From Entomortierella parvispora E1425 (Eukaryota > Fungi > Mortierellomycota): a stretch of 64,000 bases of DNA. Positions 1 through 13,788 of the stretch are shown here, piece by piece; positions within the stretch are counted from its first letter, which is position 1; every line of letters begins with the position of its first letter. Both the position numbers and the translations under genes were made by a program. The stretch spans positions 1,488,001-1,552,000 of the forward strand of contig BQFW01000014.1 in NCBI GenBank assembly GCA_020891255.1, read 5' to 3'. The notes under the pieces are model-generated. The model was not told where the DNA came from. It ran no database searches and saw nothing but the letters and a program-made list of their open reading frames with translations.

Positions 1-571
1 AGGTCTAAAGCAAAAGGTAAGGGCGAAGTTCGACAACTGCATTCTTTGCCATGCAGCGTTGAGTCCCAAGAGAGAATACTCATTGTTTACTATTTTAATT
101 GCAAAATAGGCCAAGCAGCTGGCTCAATTGAAGGAGGAGGCAATCGCCCTAAAGAAGAAGAATCTCAGCCTGTCCAATACGCGAGACTCTCTTCGACTCA
201 AGTGCCTTCAAGTGGAGCGCGAACTTGAGGCCTACAAGGCGGCATCGTGCGTGGCTGCACCTTCTCCAAGGAGCAATAGACAATCCAGGGCATCTTCCGT
301 CACCTCCGCAAGTTCTGTAATCTTGAGCGGCACATCTTCCTTGAATATCGTCGCCAATTCAAGTCCTGAGTCCTCTCCTGTCCCGGGTGCAAGACTTCAG
401 CTGCAAGGCCTGGTATCATCTGATGCCTTTGCGCCAACTCAAGTATCACCACCACCACCGCAAAAGATTTCTCCGAAGCCAACATCAAAGGCAACCTCTT
501 CATCTTCCCGTCCAGTTCTTCAGTCTAGAGCAGCACGCACTGTTCTTGCTATCCAGTCCACAGCTCGATAA
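1..571 (+). CDS. 3' end of an unidentified coiled-coil protein with Ser/Pro-rich tail (truncated by window edge)
   Basis: GTAAG donor near 17 and AG acceptor at 108-109; exon reads AKQLAQLKEEAIALKKKNLSLSNTRDSLRLKCLQVERELEAYK (heptad-like), then low-complexity S/P tail to TAA at 571. Confidence 0.6.
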
Positions 572-677
572 AATAAACTCCTCTCCCTGTCATTAAGCCG
601 CGGCAGCAAACAACAGCAAACAACAACAACCAAAAAAAAAACCGGAAAACCTCTTCTGCACCAAAAGCAAAAGAAAA

Positions 678-751
678 CGCTCCCGGGTGGGCTTGAACCA
701 CCAACCTCCTGATTAACAGTCAGACGCGCTAACCAATTGCGCCACGGAAGC
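678..751 (-). tRNA. tRNA-Asn (GTT)
   Basis: Reverse complement GCTTCCGTGGCGCAATTGGTTAGCGCGTCTGACTGTTAATCAGGAGGTTGGTGGTTCAAGCCCACCCGGGAGCG: acceptor stem, D arm, anticodon loop CTGTTAA, T-loop GGTTCAAGCCC; A-run on + strand beyond the 3' end gives a Pol III T-terminator. Confidence 0.96.
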
Positions 752-1093
752 TACCAAGTTGATGTTGTCTTGTGACTTCATCCATTTTTGTGCCTGAGAC
801 TCGAATCTCATATCACGTGATCACACATAGCAGAGCTTTGTGACTGTTGTTCGCGTGGACCTGCCACTGCCAGTGAGGTTGGAGGCGTGGCCCTGCTTCG
901 CCATCCCCTTCGTTTCTTCGTTCACTTCATTCCTACTGCCCGTCTCTCGACTCTGTCCAAGGAGCAACCTATTGACCGCACCCACCGACACTGCACCTCA
1001 TCTCTCCCAGTCTCTAACCCCAACGGGTCGCTTCCTCAGGACCATCACCACTCATAAGCAGGAACAAAAAAAAAAGCGAGCTCTATCTCCGCC

Positions 1094-2837
1094 ATGGACG
1101 CCATTAATGCACGAAAGAACTTTGAGTTCATCAACAGCATCAGGTCTGTCAACCCCGAGACCGACAAGATTTTCTTTTATGACGAGGCCGAGCAAAAGCG
1201 TATCCTGAACGAGTCTCCTGCCCCCTGGAAGAAAGAGTGAGTTTTGTTACTAGTTCTTTTTTTTATCTCCGTCGCGCGTCTATTTCGCTTGCATGGGTGT
1301 TGAAGCTGGCGCAGCAGCCGTGTTGAAAAGTTGTCAAAAGACAACTGTTGTGTTTCTGACAGTCTGTCTCCTTTTTTTTCTATCCTCTTTTTTATACGAT
1401 GACAGTCCTCACTACTTTACAGATGTCAAAATCTCGGCTGTTGCCTTGATCAAGATGGTATGAAAAAATGACGCGTCATTGGGTTTACTATCAGTGGACA
1501 GTGCAAGTTCGCCAGTTTGTTTGAATATGTCACTCATCGTAGTTTTTCACTTTGGTTCTCTCTATAGGTGATGCATGCTCGTTCAGGAGGAAGCATCGAA
1601 GTCATGGGAGTGATGCAAGGAAAGATTCAGGGCAACACCATTATTATCATGGACGCCTTTGCGCTCCCTGTCGAAGGAACGGAAACCCGTGTCAATGCTC
1701 AAGCGGAGGGTTACGAATACATGGTCCAGTACATGACAAAGATCAAGGAGGTATGTACATAGAGCGCAGTCAAGGCTTGTATAGTCATCATAATTTGTTT
1801 CTCCTTCCTCTGACCAGTTTATTTCTTTCTAGGTGGGTCGACTTGAGAACGCTATTGGGTGGTACCATTCTCACCCTGGATATGGGTGCTGGCTTTCGGG
1901 TATCGATGTCAATACCCAGATGCAGAACCAGCAGTTCCAGGATCCTTGGGTTGCTGTGGTTGTAAGTTGAATAGTCGTGTCGAAATCTGGTTTAAAATGC
2001 ATCCTGTGGATGGAACTCCTGAATTGACTTGCGTACACTATTTATGCGATAGATTGACCCCAACAGAACTATCTCGGCAGGCAAGGTTGAAATCGGTGCC
2101 TTCCGTACCTACCCTGAAGTAAGTTGTTAATATCCGCCTTCAGGAGAAGCAGACGCGGAGCTCATTGTTTTAACAGAATGCTGTTTTCGTTCCTAGGGAT
2201 ATAAAGCACCTGATGAGGGGCCATCAGAATACCAGACAATTCCCCTGAGCAAAATCGAGGATTTCGGTGTGCACTGCAAGCAGTATTACCCCTTGGAAAT
2301 CTCTCACTTCAAATCAACCTTGGATACCCAACTCTTGGATCAGCTCTGGAACAAGTACTGGGTGAACACGTTGTCCCAGTCTCCATTGCTCTCTGTAAGA
2401 AGACTCTTGATATTGAGCCTCATGATTTACATTTAGTATGGAATAGTAGCTAATATCTTGCATTTAATTAGAACCGAGAATACGCAGCGAGACAAATGTC
2501 GGATTTGGCTGAAAAGTTGCAAATGACCGCATCAGCGGCATCGCGTGTGACCCCAGGAGGATTCGGTGGACCGATGGGCATGGGACTCCCGTCTTCATCT
2601 GGTTCCAAGGATAAAAAGAAGAAGCAGGAGGAGAGTCAGCTGAGCAAGATCACACGCGATTCCAACAAGATTTCGGTCGAGGCTACTCATGGACTGATCT
2701 CCCAGGTCTTGAAGAACGTTCTTTTTACAGCCAACCCACATGAGCAAAATCAAGAGTCAAGTAGTGTTGCTGGATCTCAGGCTCATGGAGGTTCTGCCCT
2801 GGGAGTTTCCGCCGCGGGATCCAGCTCAACCGCATGA
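1094..2837 (+). CDS. CSN5: COP9 signalosome subunit 5 (JAMM/MPN+ deneddylase), multi-exon
   Basis: Exons encode [56 protein letters not shown] (JAMM motif), [29 protein letters not shown]. Confidence 0.95.
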
Positions 2838-3066
2838 GGACCATGATTTTCGATAAAAAAAACACAGCTTGGACCCTAGGCCAAAGGTGTGGCCCGGGAT
2901 GAAGGACTGTTTGAGAAACAATGACAAATATAAGACGTTGGCATCCTTCGTGAACACAACACACACATTCCTTTCTGGGGCTTTTTTGTGATGATACAAT
3001 TTTTTTTAATTCTTGGAAATGCTTTTGCTTTTTGCGAGGAATCAATGAGAATGGACAAAGGCAACA

Positions 3067-6000
3067 TTAAACCTTGACCAAGACCAAGGCAGTGCGATTA
3101 GGGATATAGACCTGAATGTACTGATCGCGGCCAGCCCAGTGCTCTGGGGTTGAAAAGTACCGGCTCTCGTTGCTAACGCGAGCGTGACCTCCAAAGCGTT
3201 CCTCGTCCGAGTTGAGAAGGATCTTGTACTGACCAGGCTCAGGAACCGCAATACGGTAGTCGGTGAAGGACTTTGTGGAGTTGAAGTTGAAGATGAAGAC
3301 AGCTCCTGCACGGTCAAATGACAAGACCTTGTCACCCTCATGCTTCAGTGAAACGTAGGCCTGGAGAAAGAGGGAAGGGGAGGGGGTTCATTTAGCGACA
3401 GCACAGATAAAGATAGTAGTTACTAATAACAACAACCAATTGAAAAAAAAAAAAAAAAAAAAAAAACATACCTGAGGGGCAGCGAGCCATCCGACCTGGG
3501 ACTCTGCATTGTTCATAGCACCATCAAAGTCACTCAAGAACTTGTAGCGGAGCAAATGATCGTCCACAACGTTCCACTGACGACGGGCATAGTGGAAGGA
3601 CGAGTTGTTGCCGGCTCGGGGGAAATCGAGCCATTCGGGATGACCAAACTCATTTCCGATAAAGGTCAAGTAACCCTCACCTCCAAGACTGTGGGTCACC
3701 AAGCGAATCATCTTGTGCAGAGCCAAACCGCGGTCAATGATGGGCGTCAACTCTGTCAAGATGCTCATGTGCGTGTACATCTCCTTGTCCATGAGCCAGA
3801 AAGCAATCGTCTTGTCACCGACCAAAGCCTGGTCATGCGACTCGCAATAAGCAATCGAGGGTTCCTAAAACGAAGTAGAAATGAGAAAAAATCAGTTAAT
3901 CAATAGGTTTTGATCCAAAGAATCGGTTATACTATAGGGTCAGTACTGTCGTTGTCCTTACCATGTATCTTCTATTGGTAAGAGTAAAGACAATGTTGCC
4001 GATATCCCACTCATCATCAGACTTCTCCTTGAGCAACTTGATCCACATATCAGGGATAGCCATCGACAGACGGTAGTCGAATCCAATACCTCCATCTGCA
4101 ACAGGTCTGCAAAGTGTTGGCATACCAGAAACATCTGTAGTTTTGAATGAGCCACAAAAAAGCAAGTAATGTCGATTAGATCGCAGTGCGCAAAGTTGAG
4201 TAATCATCAACAAAGTAGCAAGCGGGTGTTACCTTCAGCAATTGTGATGCAGTCGGGATACAACTTGTGCAACATGTCGTTGGCGAGCATGAGGTATACC
4301 ACAGCCTCCAGATCGACACCACCACCAAAGTACTCATGGTAGTTGCCCGAGAAGCCAAAGCCAATGCCGTGGTGGACATACATCATAGAGGTCACACCAT
4401 CGAATCGGAAGCCGTCAAACTTGTACTCTTCCATGTAGAACCGCAAGTTGCTCAACAGGAAGCGCATGGTCTCGTAGCTTCCATAGTTGAATAATCTCGA
4501 GTCCCAGAGCTCATGGCGACCCTTGGGGCCCTCGTGGAAGTACTGGTGGTCGCTTCCATCAAAGTTGTTGAGTCCATCGAGGACGTTCTTGCAGGCATGG
4601 GAGTGCACGACATCAAGAAGGACGGTGATGCCGAGTCCGTGCGCGGTGTCAATCAACTCCTTGAGCTGCTCAGGGGTGCCTGAAAGACCAAAAAAGAATA
4701 AAAAAAAAGAATAGTTAAAATTTCAAGCTCCACTCCCCACAGGGTGAGATTCCGCAGGTCTTGGAATCGTCTCACTCCAATGTTTCTTCTCTATCGTCTT
4801 TGTTCGGTCTTCGTTGTTTCTGCACCACACAGGCGCCGTCCTTCTCGGCCCCTGTGGCGAGTCTGTTCCTCTGTTCCATATATCAGATTCACTTTTGGGT
4901 GCCCTTTTGTATGTGTCCGTTTCCTTACCGTAACGACTGCTGGCGGCAAAAAAGTTGGTGACCTGATAACCGAACGAGGCATAGTAGGCGTGCTCCATAA
5001 TGGCCATCAGCTGGATCGTGTTATACCCCAGCTTCTTGATACGGGGCAATACATTCGCCGTGAATTCTGTAAACAAACCCACACGTCCCTCTGTCGTAGC
5101 AATGCCAACTAATATTGAAGAAAAATCACAGCGCCGTTAGAATTGCGTTTCCTCGGATGTTCAAGGGAAAAAAAAGGAACCACTCCCTAATCGTGTCGTT
5201 ACCATGAGCTTCATAAACTTTGAGACTGGTGGGCTTAGGAGGGGCCTTGTTCTTCCATTGGTAGGCCTCGGGAGGGTTCCAAAACACGGCATCGTACACG
5301 GGAGAAACACTGAGGTCCTGGGTGACTCGATGGATCCATGCGGGCAAGCGGTCGATTCTGGTGCCATCAGGCTTGATCATGGTGATCTGCATTGTACCAA
5401 GCGAAGCCGAGAGTTAGCGCATGCCCGATCTGCAGTGAAAACGTGAGATCTGTTCGGTGTAGAGTCGACCACTTTTTCTTCTCTCTCTCTCCCTGTCCCT
5501 GCTTCCTTTTCATACCTTGACTTTGGTGTTGTGCTCGATGGCGGGGGTGCCGTCAGGCTTGTTGGGCAAAAAGATCTCGTACACTCCGTACTCATCCTTC
5601 TTCATGGGATGGCTGGTAGGGTTCCATTGATCTATTGACAAACAAACAGCGAAAAGAAGGAAAAAAATGTTCCCAGGATGCAAACACAATCAAGGCGATA
5701 TATAGCGAGAAGAGGGGGGCATATTGTGCCTGTTCTCTCTTTTTGGGGGTGATTGAATTGAAAATGACACACACCATTCTTTGAAAAAGCAAGCAAGTGT
5801 ACAAGCATGAACAAAAGCAAAAGCAACAAAAAGCAGAAATGCAACAAAAAAATAATGGGGACACGGTCGTTGATACTGAACTCTCCGAATAGGAAGGCCT
5901 TGGTGGCATTAGGTGCCCATTCACGGTAAGTGATGCCGGTCTTTGAGATCTGGAAACCGAAGCGTTCGTATCCTCGAGTGAAAGCTTCATATCCACCCTC

Positions 6001-6256
6001 TTTGGCAATGGTCTGCTCCCAAGTCTTGTAGGCCGAGTATCTGGACAGATCAGGGAGTGAGAGAGCATTAGTATCCAAAGAAACATGAGAGGAAGATCGC
6101 GAGCCAGGGGTAAAATGAGAAAGTAGCGGGTGGATGGCCAGTCTTTTGTAACTACCTCTCCTGAAGAGCAGTCTTGTAAGGGGCGAGGTAGGGATCAAGC
6201 TGGATGACACCAGTGCCGTCCTGGGCAACAGGTTCGCTGTTCCTTGCAGTGGTCAT
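3067..6256 (-). CDS. GBE1: 1,4-alpha-glucan (glycogen) branching enzyme, GH13, multi-exon
   Basis: [69 protein letters not shown]; stop at 3067. Confidence 0.96.
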
Positions 6257-6899
6257 GGTGAATGGAAGTGAGAAAGAGTATGCAGTCAGTCGTGGGATGA
6301 AATGATGAAATGAAGAAATGAGAAATGAGAACGAACGGATGGAATGGAGAGAGGGGAAGGAGAGGGAGAAAAAAAAGGTGAAGGAGCAAAGGAAGAAAAG
6401 AAAGAAGAAAAGAGAGGCAAAGAAAAGAAGACGAGCAAGCCGGCAAGCAATGACCTCGCCATGAGCACACACCGAACAGGCCGACCTTTCTCCATCCACA
6501 CCTTTCTCCGACCACTATCTTCTTTTGCTCGGGACAGAGAGCGGCCGTGCGGAGTGAAGGGCGAATCGTGTTTTGTGGGGGAGGGCGGGTGAGTGAGGAT
6601 CTCTTTGTTCTGGTTCAATGTCTTTATTTCCTTATCGTGCACTCTGCCCCGTTCTGTTCTGTTCTGCTCTCTGCTTCTTCTTCGGCATCCATCCTCCTAT
6701 TTACATCGGTGCATTCGCCGACTCTGGGCGAATGCCTCCTCACTCTCCGCCTTCCCTCGCTGATTGATTTCCTTATCTCGCGATGAATTTCGTAGCATAA
6801 AAAAAAGGTTCACCAGTGCCCAAAGCTCTCACGCAAGCACCAGGTGGCCCCCATCCTCCGCTCGATATCATATCTGAGATCGTCATTATCTTTGCTGGT

Positions 6900-9395
6900 T
6901 TACTCCTCATCCTCTGTCTCAACCACCACAAAGTCATCGTCGTCATCTTCGACTTCTTTTGTCTCCTTGACTTCTTCTTCTGGTGTGGCGGTAACGGTTA
7001 CAGCCTCCGTGGTTTCCATGACCACCTTCTCATTCTCGACTGTCTTTGTTTCCTCCATGGCCTTGGATGGGGCCTTTTGTGCATCCTCAATCATAATACT
7101 AAGTAGGAAGGGTAGGCGTGAGAAGTAATCCTTATGAGCCAAGGGATTCAAGGACAGCAAAAATAATAATAATGAATCGTCAACTTACTCGCACCAGACC
7201 CGGTGGCCAAAGCGCTCTCCGTTAGGAGCGACCAAGCGCCAGTATCTATGGGTAACAAACGGTTAGCAATTATGATCAGGCTAGGCTATTTTAAACATGT
7301 TATTTCTGCCCTAGCGCATCAACGTACGAGATATAACGACCGGGAACCTTTGGTGCAACAAGATCAAGTGTCAAGCACACGTATCCGCCGACAGGGGCTG
7401 AAGTAACCACTCGCTCAGGAGCCTTAGCCCCCTCGGCAAACATACGGTCACCTCCAACAAACTGCAACACGGTGCCTTCAGGCCATTGGCCTGGTCCAGT
7501 GTTCTTCAATTCCCAAACCTTGGAAAACTCTTTGCCAGGAGTGAGAACAGAGCCGTCAAGGACAGTAACGTCCTTTACAAATGACGCGCTCCATTCTTCT
7601 TGAAGCAGGCTAGATCACAAAAAAAAAAAAAGAAAAAAAAAAGTTAGCGCCTATCGCTGCTAGCTAGCGTTGCAGATTGAAGGAAACATCACTCGCAAAA
7701 GGTCTCGTTCTCACCGAGGGATCGAGGCAGGTGAGGTATCGGCTGTAGTTTGTCTACGGCCAGAGTCAGCAGCGGGGCACATCTGACCAGTTTGCTGGAC
7801 GTGGTGACATCTGGTACGACCCCAACCCTTCTCGTACATGTTGGGTAGGATAGCTGCCGCAGGGGCCATCCGTGTAGAAATGGGCTTTCGGATCTTCAAA
7901 AAGATATGGGTGGGATCGTGAATAGGTTCAGGTAGCGCCTCACAGTTACCGCACAGATCATAGTCCGCACAGTTTCCGCACTTTATCAAATAAAACGACA
8001 CTTGGTTAGCCCTAGATCCTTTGATAGACACAGGCGAAAGAGCAGAATGGAGGCACATGTTTGTTTACCTTGTAGCGGACGCCATAGATGTCTTCATTGC
8101 AGCCATCGCAAACGACACCATACTGACGAGTATGGTCGACCTTGACATCGATTTGACCTGGATACGAGATTGGAATGAAGGTATGGCCTTTGTGAAGATC
8201 TTTAGAGAGAGGAAGGCATCTCTGGCACAGATCATAATCTGGGCATTGGAAGCACTTGTGCCGGACACCCACGATAGCGTTCAGGCACATATCACACGAC
8301 GCTAAATGGCAGGGTCCATCCGAGCCAAGCGTGCTCTTGAACAGACTCTCGTATTTTTCAGCCTGCTTCACAGGGCTGGTGAAGGGCTTGAAGGTGTGGT
8401 GAGGGTGACGGACACCAGCAACATGGTGGCAGTCCTGGCAAAGGTCGTAGTTGTTGCACTCCTGACACTTCCAGCGAGTTCCACGGATCGTGTTCAAACA
8501 GACATCACAATAGACGTTGGAATGGACAGTCTCTACCGATTTCATAGACAAAACGCACAGGCAACAGTCTTCGTCAGCTCTTGGGTGTTGCGTAACAGGC
8601 CCATAAACGGAAATGTAATCGAAACAGTCAATCTGCACGAGGAGGAAATTGGCGGGTGGCAGAGGGGGGAGAGGGAGAGAGAGAATAAAGAGAGCAGAGG
8701 AGACTTGACTTACCTTCAGTATCGTGGCAGTCAGAGAGAGCTGCCTTAGACTGCGTATTCAAGGTGACAGCAGGCGCTAACGAGTCCCGGCTAGGAGTGG
8801 TACCTTCATTGCAGCAGAGCTTCTCCAGAGACTGGATCGCGTCGAGAACTGTGTCCTTGGCTGCGGTCGCTAGAAAGAGCAGAGGATAGAGGATCAGATA
8901 ATTTGCCTTTCCAAACACAACTTGTTTAACGTTTCCCGTAGGAAGCACTTTTGGGTGCTATGGGCCTCCCACAGTGGTTGACTGTGTTACCGTTATCACA
9001 GGGTTCGACGTCAAGACGGACGACCATGATCGCGGGGCCAGGCTGGTTCTGGGAGCTAAAGTACACAATAGCCTGCAGAACGTCGGCATCGGTCTTGATG
9101 AACTGACGGATGCCCTTGCTGTCCTCGTAAGAGATGTTCATCTTTGACTCTTTGAACAATTCGCAAATCTAGTGTTCACATGCAACAGCTTCTTTGGTGA
9201 GCCTTCACAAGGGTCAAGCATAGAGCACAGCCAAGAGAGGCTTGAAATAGGTGGATCTATTAGCCAACTCACCTTGCGGTGAAGCGCCTCGTAGGACAGT
9301 TTGGAGGCATCCTTCTCGAGATTATCCAGGTGGATATTGGCCAACGTGAAGCGGCGGAACTCCGCCAAGAACGTTGCTTTCACGACGCAGAACAT
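6900..9395 (-). CDS. NBR1-like selective autophagy receptor (PB1 - 3x ZZ zinc finger - FW/NBR1 domain - acidic AIM tail)
   Basis: PB1-like N-terminus (VVKATFLAEFRRF ... ISYEDSKG); three CxxC..(W/H/Y)KCxxCxxYDLCxxC ZZ motifs; FW signature FVKDVTVLDGSVLTPGKEFSKVWELKNTGPGQWPEG; C-terminal DDDDDFVVV. Confidence 0.85.
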
Positions 9396-9854
9396 AGTGT
9401 TTTATGTGGAGGGGGGAGTAGGGTGGGGCGGGTTGGTTTCTGTAGGTGATTCTGGTGCTGTTGCAGTGCAGGGAAAGACGGGCAAGTGAAAAAGGAGCTG
9501 TCCTAGTCAAAACTGTGAAGGGAAGGTCAAAAAAAAAAAAAAGTTGGGCGAGGTGGGCACGAAGCAAGAGTCTTTTTTCTTCTTTTTTTTCTGCCTTTCC
9601 TTTCCCTTGGCAAAGTGAGGAGAAGGAAGTGAGAAAAAAAAAAAAAAAAAAAAGGTCACATGATTTCTGACTTGGTCAGAGCGCACGTGACCGAATGCTC
9701 GATCCATGCGATGTGATGCGATGCACAATCGACGCAATTGGATGGCATTGCATCCCCTTTCCCTTTGATCGCTCTCATCAGCTACGCCTGACCTGCCACT
9801 TCCTCTCTTCATCCCCTTCCACTCACTGCCACCCGCAAGCAACGGACGCACACC

Positions 9855-12800
9855 ATGGACATGGATCTGGAGCAGTTTGAGCTCCTCGAGTTGGTCAACA
9901 AGATTAACAATGAGCTCATGAACCACACTGGTGTTGACGACAAGACTGTCGGTAAGTCAGCACGCTGTTCTGTGGATCACAAGCTGCCATCCAAAGTTCA
10001 ACTCACTCTCTTAATACTTTTGCAACCATTCTTGTCACTCTAGCTGAATTTGTAATCCATCTTCATGAAGAATCGCCCGACTACTCTACTTTCAAGGCAG
10101 AGGTCCAGGAAGTCGGCGACTTTTCTGATTCGTTTGTTGGAAACCTGGATCGACTCATCAGGACAATGCATCCCAAAAATAAGAAGGTCGCCGAGCCCGC
10201 CCCCGTAGACAAGGCCGCCATTGCAGACGAGAAGAAACATCGATTCCCAGGATTGGCACTCCCCAACAACACCGAGTGGTCTGGCAAGGAGGATGTCAAA
10301 GACAAGGCCGTCGTCAACGACATCATGTCTGAATTCGAAAATATGCTCGAGTCGACAAAACAAGAGGCCAGGAAGAGAAGCCGTAGCAGAAGCCCAGACA
10401 GGAGACGAGTTCGTTCCCGATCAAGAGAGGACTATAGTCGGGATAGCTATGGGCGTGGACGTGGACGTGGGCGCAGCCGCAGCCGTAGTCGCAGTCCTTA
10501 TCGACGAGGGGACGATAGAAGACGAGACAACGGCAGAGATAATGGCAGATCGTCCATGGACGACTCACCTCTACTTTACAAGATCTACTCAGGCAGAGTC
10601 GCCAACATCAAACCCTTTGGTGCCTTTGTAACCTTGGACGGCGTACGAGGAAAGGTTGAAGGAATGGTGCATATTTCCATGATGCAAAACACCCGTGTCA
10701 ACGACGTCTCAGAAGTTGTCAAGAGGAATGATGTTGTCAAGGTCAAGGTCATGTCTGTGACCTCAACAAAGGTGTCGCTTTCTATGAAGGATGTAGATCA
10801 AAGGACTGGCAAGGATCTGTCACCTCATTTGCGCATCAGGACAAAGGAAGAGATGGAGCAAGATGCTGCCCGCAACCCAGATAGACCTTCTTCGACTACT
10901 GTGCCCATTATCGAGGACGACGAGCCAAAGTCGTCTAAATGGAAACGCCTGTCTTCTCCTGATCGATTCGAAATCAAACAACTGATTGCATCCGGCGCCC
11001 TGAGTGCCGCCGACCATCCAGGTATCGACGAGGACATTGGAAGGATAGACAACATGGAGGCAGAAGAGGAGCTTGATATTGAATTGGTTGAGGATGAGCC
11101 ACTGTTCTTGAAGGGACAAGCTAGGCACGCCTTGGATCTGAGTCCAGTCAAGGTCGTCAAGGCTCCCGATGGTACCCTGAATAGAGCGGCTCTTTCTGGA
11201 GCAGCTTTGGCGAAGGAGAGAAAGGAGCTGAAGCAATCTGAGGTCAATGCAGAGTACGACTCTGTTCCAAAGGATATCAACAAGCCATGGCTGGATCCTA
11301 TGCCCGAGCCAGGAGAGCGCAATTTCGCCCAGGATCTGAGAGGAAGCGCAGCCAGCGGTAAAGCCGGACAGATGCCAGAGTGGAAGATGAACACCTTTGG
11401 CAAGGCCACCACCTACGGTAGGATCACCGATATGAGCATGCAGCAGCAGCGCGAGTCGCTTCCCATTTTCAAACTTCGCGAGCAACTTGTCAAGGCTGTC
11501 AGGGACAATCAAATTCTGGTCGTCATCGGAGAAACTGGTTCTGGAAAAACGACACAGCTGACACAGTACCTTGCAGAAGAAGGGTTCACCACGAACGGCC
11601 GTATTGGATGCACACAGCCCCGTCGAGTGGCCGCCATGTCTGTTGCCAAGCGTGTGGCAGAGGAGGTTGGTTGTCGTCTGGGTCAGGAAGTTGGATATAC
11701 TATTCGTTTCGAGGACTGTACCAGCCCAGACACAAGGATCAAGTACATGACAGACGGAATGTTGATGAGAGAGTGTCTCGTGGATTCTGCCATGTCAGCG
11801 TACTCTGTTATTATTCTGGACGAGGCTCACGAACGCACAGTCAGCACCGACGTTCTTTTTGGACTTTTGAAACAGGCAACCAAAAAGAGAAGGGACTTGA
11901 AGATCATTGTCACTTCCGCCACCATGGACGCCGAAAAGTTCTCTTCCTACTTTTTCGACTGCCCCATTTTCACCATCCCTGGTCGCACCTACCCTGTGGA
12001 AATCTTGTACACCAAAGACCCGGAATCTGACTACTTGGATGCTTCCCTTATTACCGTCATGCAAATTCACTTGTCGGAGCCAGCTGGAGATATTCTTTTG
12101 TTTTTGACTGGTCAAGAGGAGATTGATACCGCCGCCGAGATTCTATACGAGCGTATGAAAGCTCTAGGACCAATGGTGCCCGAGTTGATTATCCTGCCCG
12201 TGTACAGTGCCCTTCCATCAGAGATGCAATCAAGGATTTTCGAGCCTACACCACCCGGAGCCCGTAAAGTCGTTATCGCTACCAACGTTGCCGAGACAAG
12301 TATTACCATCGATGGTATTTACTATGTGGTCGATCCTGGATTTGTGAAGCAGAATGCTTATGACGCCAAGCTAGGAATGGATTCTTTGATTGTGACGCCT
12401 ATTTCACAAGCACAGGCTCGCCAGCGCTCTGGACGTGCTGGACGCACAGGTCCAGGAAAGTGCTATCGTCTTTACACCGAAGCTGCCTACCGAAACGAGA
12501 TGATGCCCAACCCAGTGCCCGAAATCCAGCGCACCAATTTGGCCATGATTGTCTTGACCCTCAAGGCTATGGGTATCAACGATCTGATCAATTTTGATTT
12601 CATGGACCCTCCACCTGTCCAGACCTTGTTGACGGCTTTGGAACAGCTATTTGCACTCTCTGCATTGGATTCTGAGGGTCTTCTCACTCGTCTCGGCCGT
12701 AAGATGGCGGTCTTCCCCATGGAGCCCCCACTTGCAAAGATGTTGATTCTGTCTGCAGACCTCAACTGCTCGGAGGAAATCTTGACGATTGTTTCCATGC

Positions 12801-13539
12801 TCAGTGTCCAAAACGTATTCCATCGACCCAAGGAAAAGCAAGCACAGGCTGACAGCAAAAAGGCCAAGTTCCACCAGCCTGAAGGAGATCATTTGACGTT
12901 GCTCACAGTGTACAATGCTTGGAAGGCATCCAAGTTTTCCAACCCATGGTGCGTGGATAACTTTATTCAGGCTCGAGGCATGAAGCGGGCAGCGGATGTC
13001 AGGAAACAGCTTTTGGGATACATGGATCGTTATAATCAAGATGTGGTTTCTTGCGGAAAGAACTACACAAAGGTCAGGAGAGCGCTCTGTGGAGGCTTCT
13101 TCCGTCATGCGGCCAAGAAGGATCCCCAAGAAGGCTACAAGACTCTGGTAGAGGGCACGCCAGTGTATATTCACCCAAGCAGTTCATTATTCAACAAGAA
13201 CCCTGAATGGTATGTTGGAGTCAAAGCGTGTCCAGGATTGTGGATGAGCAATATGACTGAGGAGCTTTTCAACTGACAAGTGCTATGTTTTATTGCAATA
13301 GGGTGATCTACCATGAACTGGTTATGACAACAAAGGAATACATGCGAGAGGTGACAGCGATTGAGCCTAAGTGGCTCACTGAGGCTGCGCCTACGTTCTT
13401 CAAGGTCGCTGATGCCAACAAAATTTCACGCCGCAAGCGCCAAGAAAAGATTGAGCCGCTCTTCAACCGCTACGAGAAGCCAAACGAGTGGCGTCTCAGT
13501 CGCCTCAAGACAGGCAGTCGTGCGTCACAGACGTTCTAA
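9855..13539 (+). CDS. PRP22: Pre-mRNA splicing DEAH-box helicase Prp22/DHX8
   Basis: RS-rich region, S1 domain ([13 protein letters not shown]), [28 protein letters not shown], conserved C-terminus WRLSR. Confidence 0.96.
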
Positions 13540-13788
13540 AGACTCTTTTTGCAATATACTATTATACACATTTGTTTGTTTGCAGTGTTCATGCATGTCT
13601 CCTTTTTTTTGTTCTTTGAGACACCTTGACTTCTTGAGTTCTGACTGACAATGACAGAAAAAAAAAAAAAAAAAAAAAAAACGTCACGTGATATGCTTAT
13701 TTTTTGGCAACATAAAACCGTTCCTGTGCCTTCGCAATTCATCTTCATCTCTACTCAACCAACCCAACTTGACGCAACTGAACTAAAC

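Noticed and set aside
840-1208. ORF 840..1208 and similar short ORFs overlapping real genes in other frames or antisense (e.g. 10820..11512, 39950..40969, 61354..62175)
   Set aside because: Shadow frames of recognisable genes (CSN5, PRP22, ROM, GTPase); no motifs of their own.
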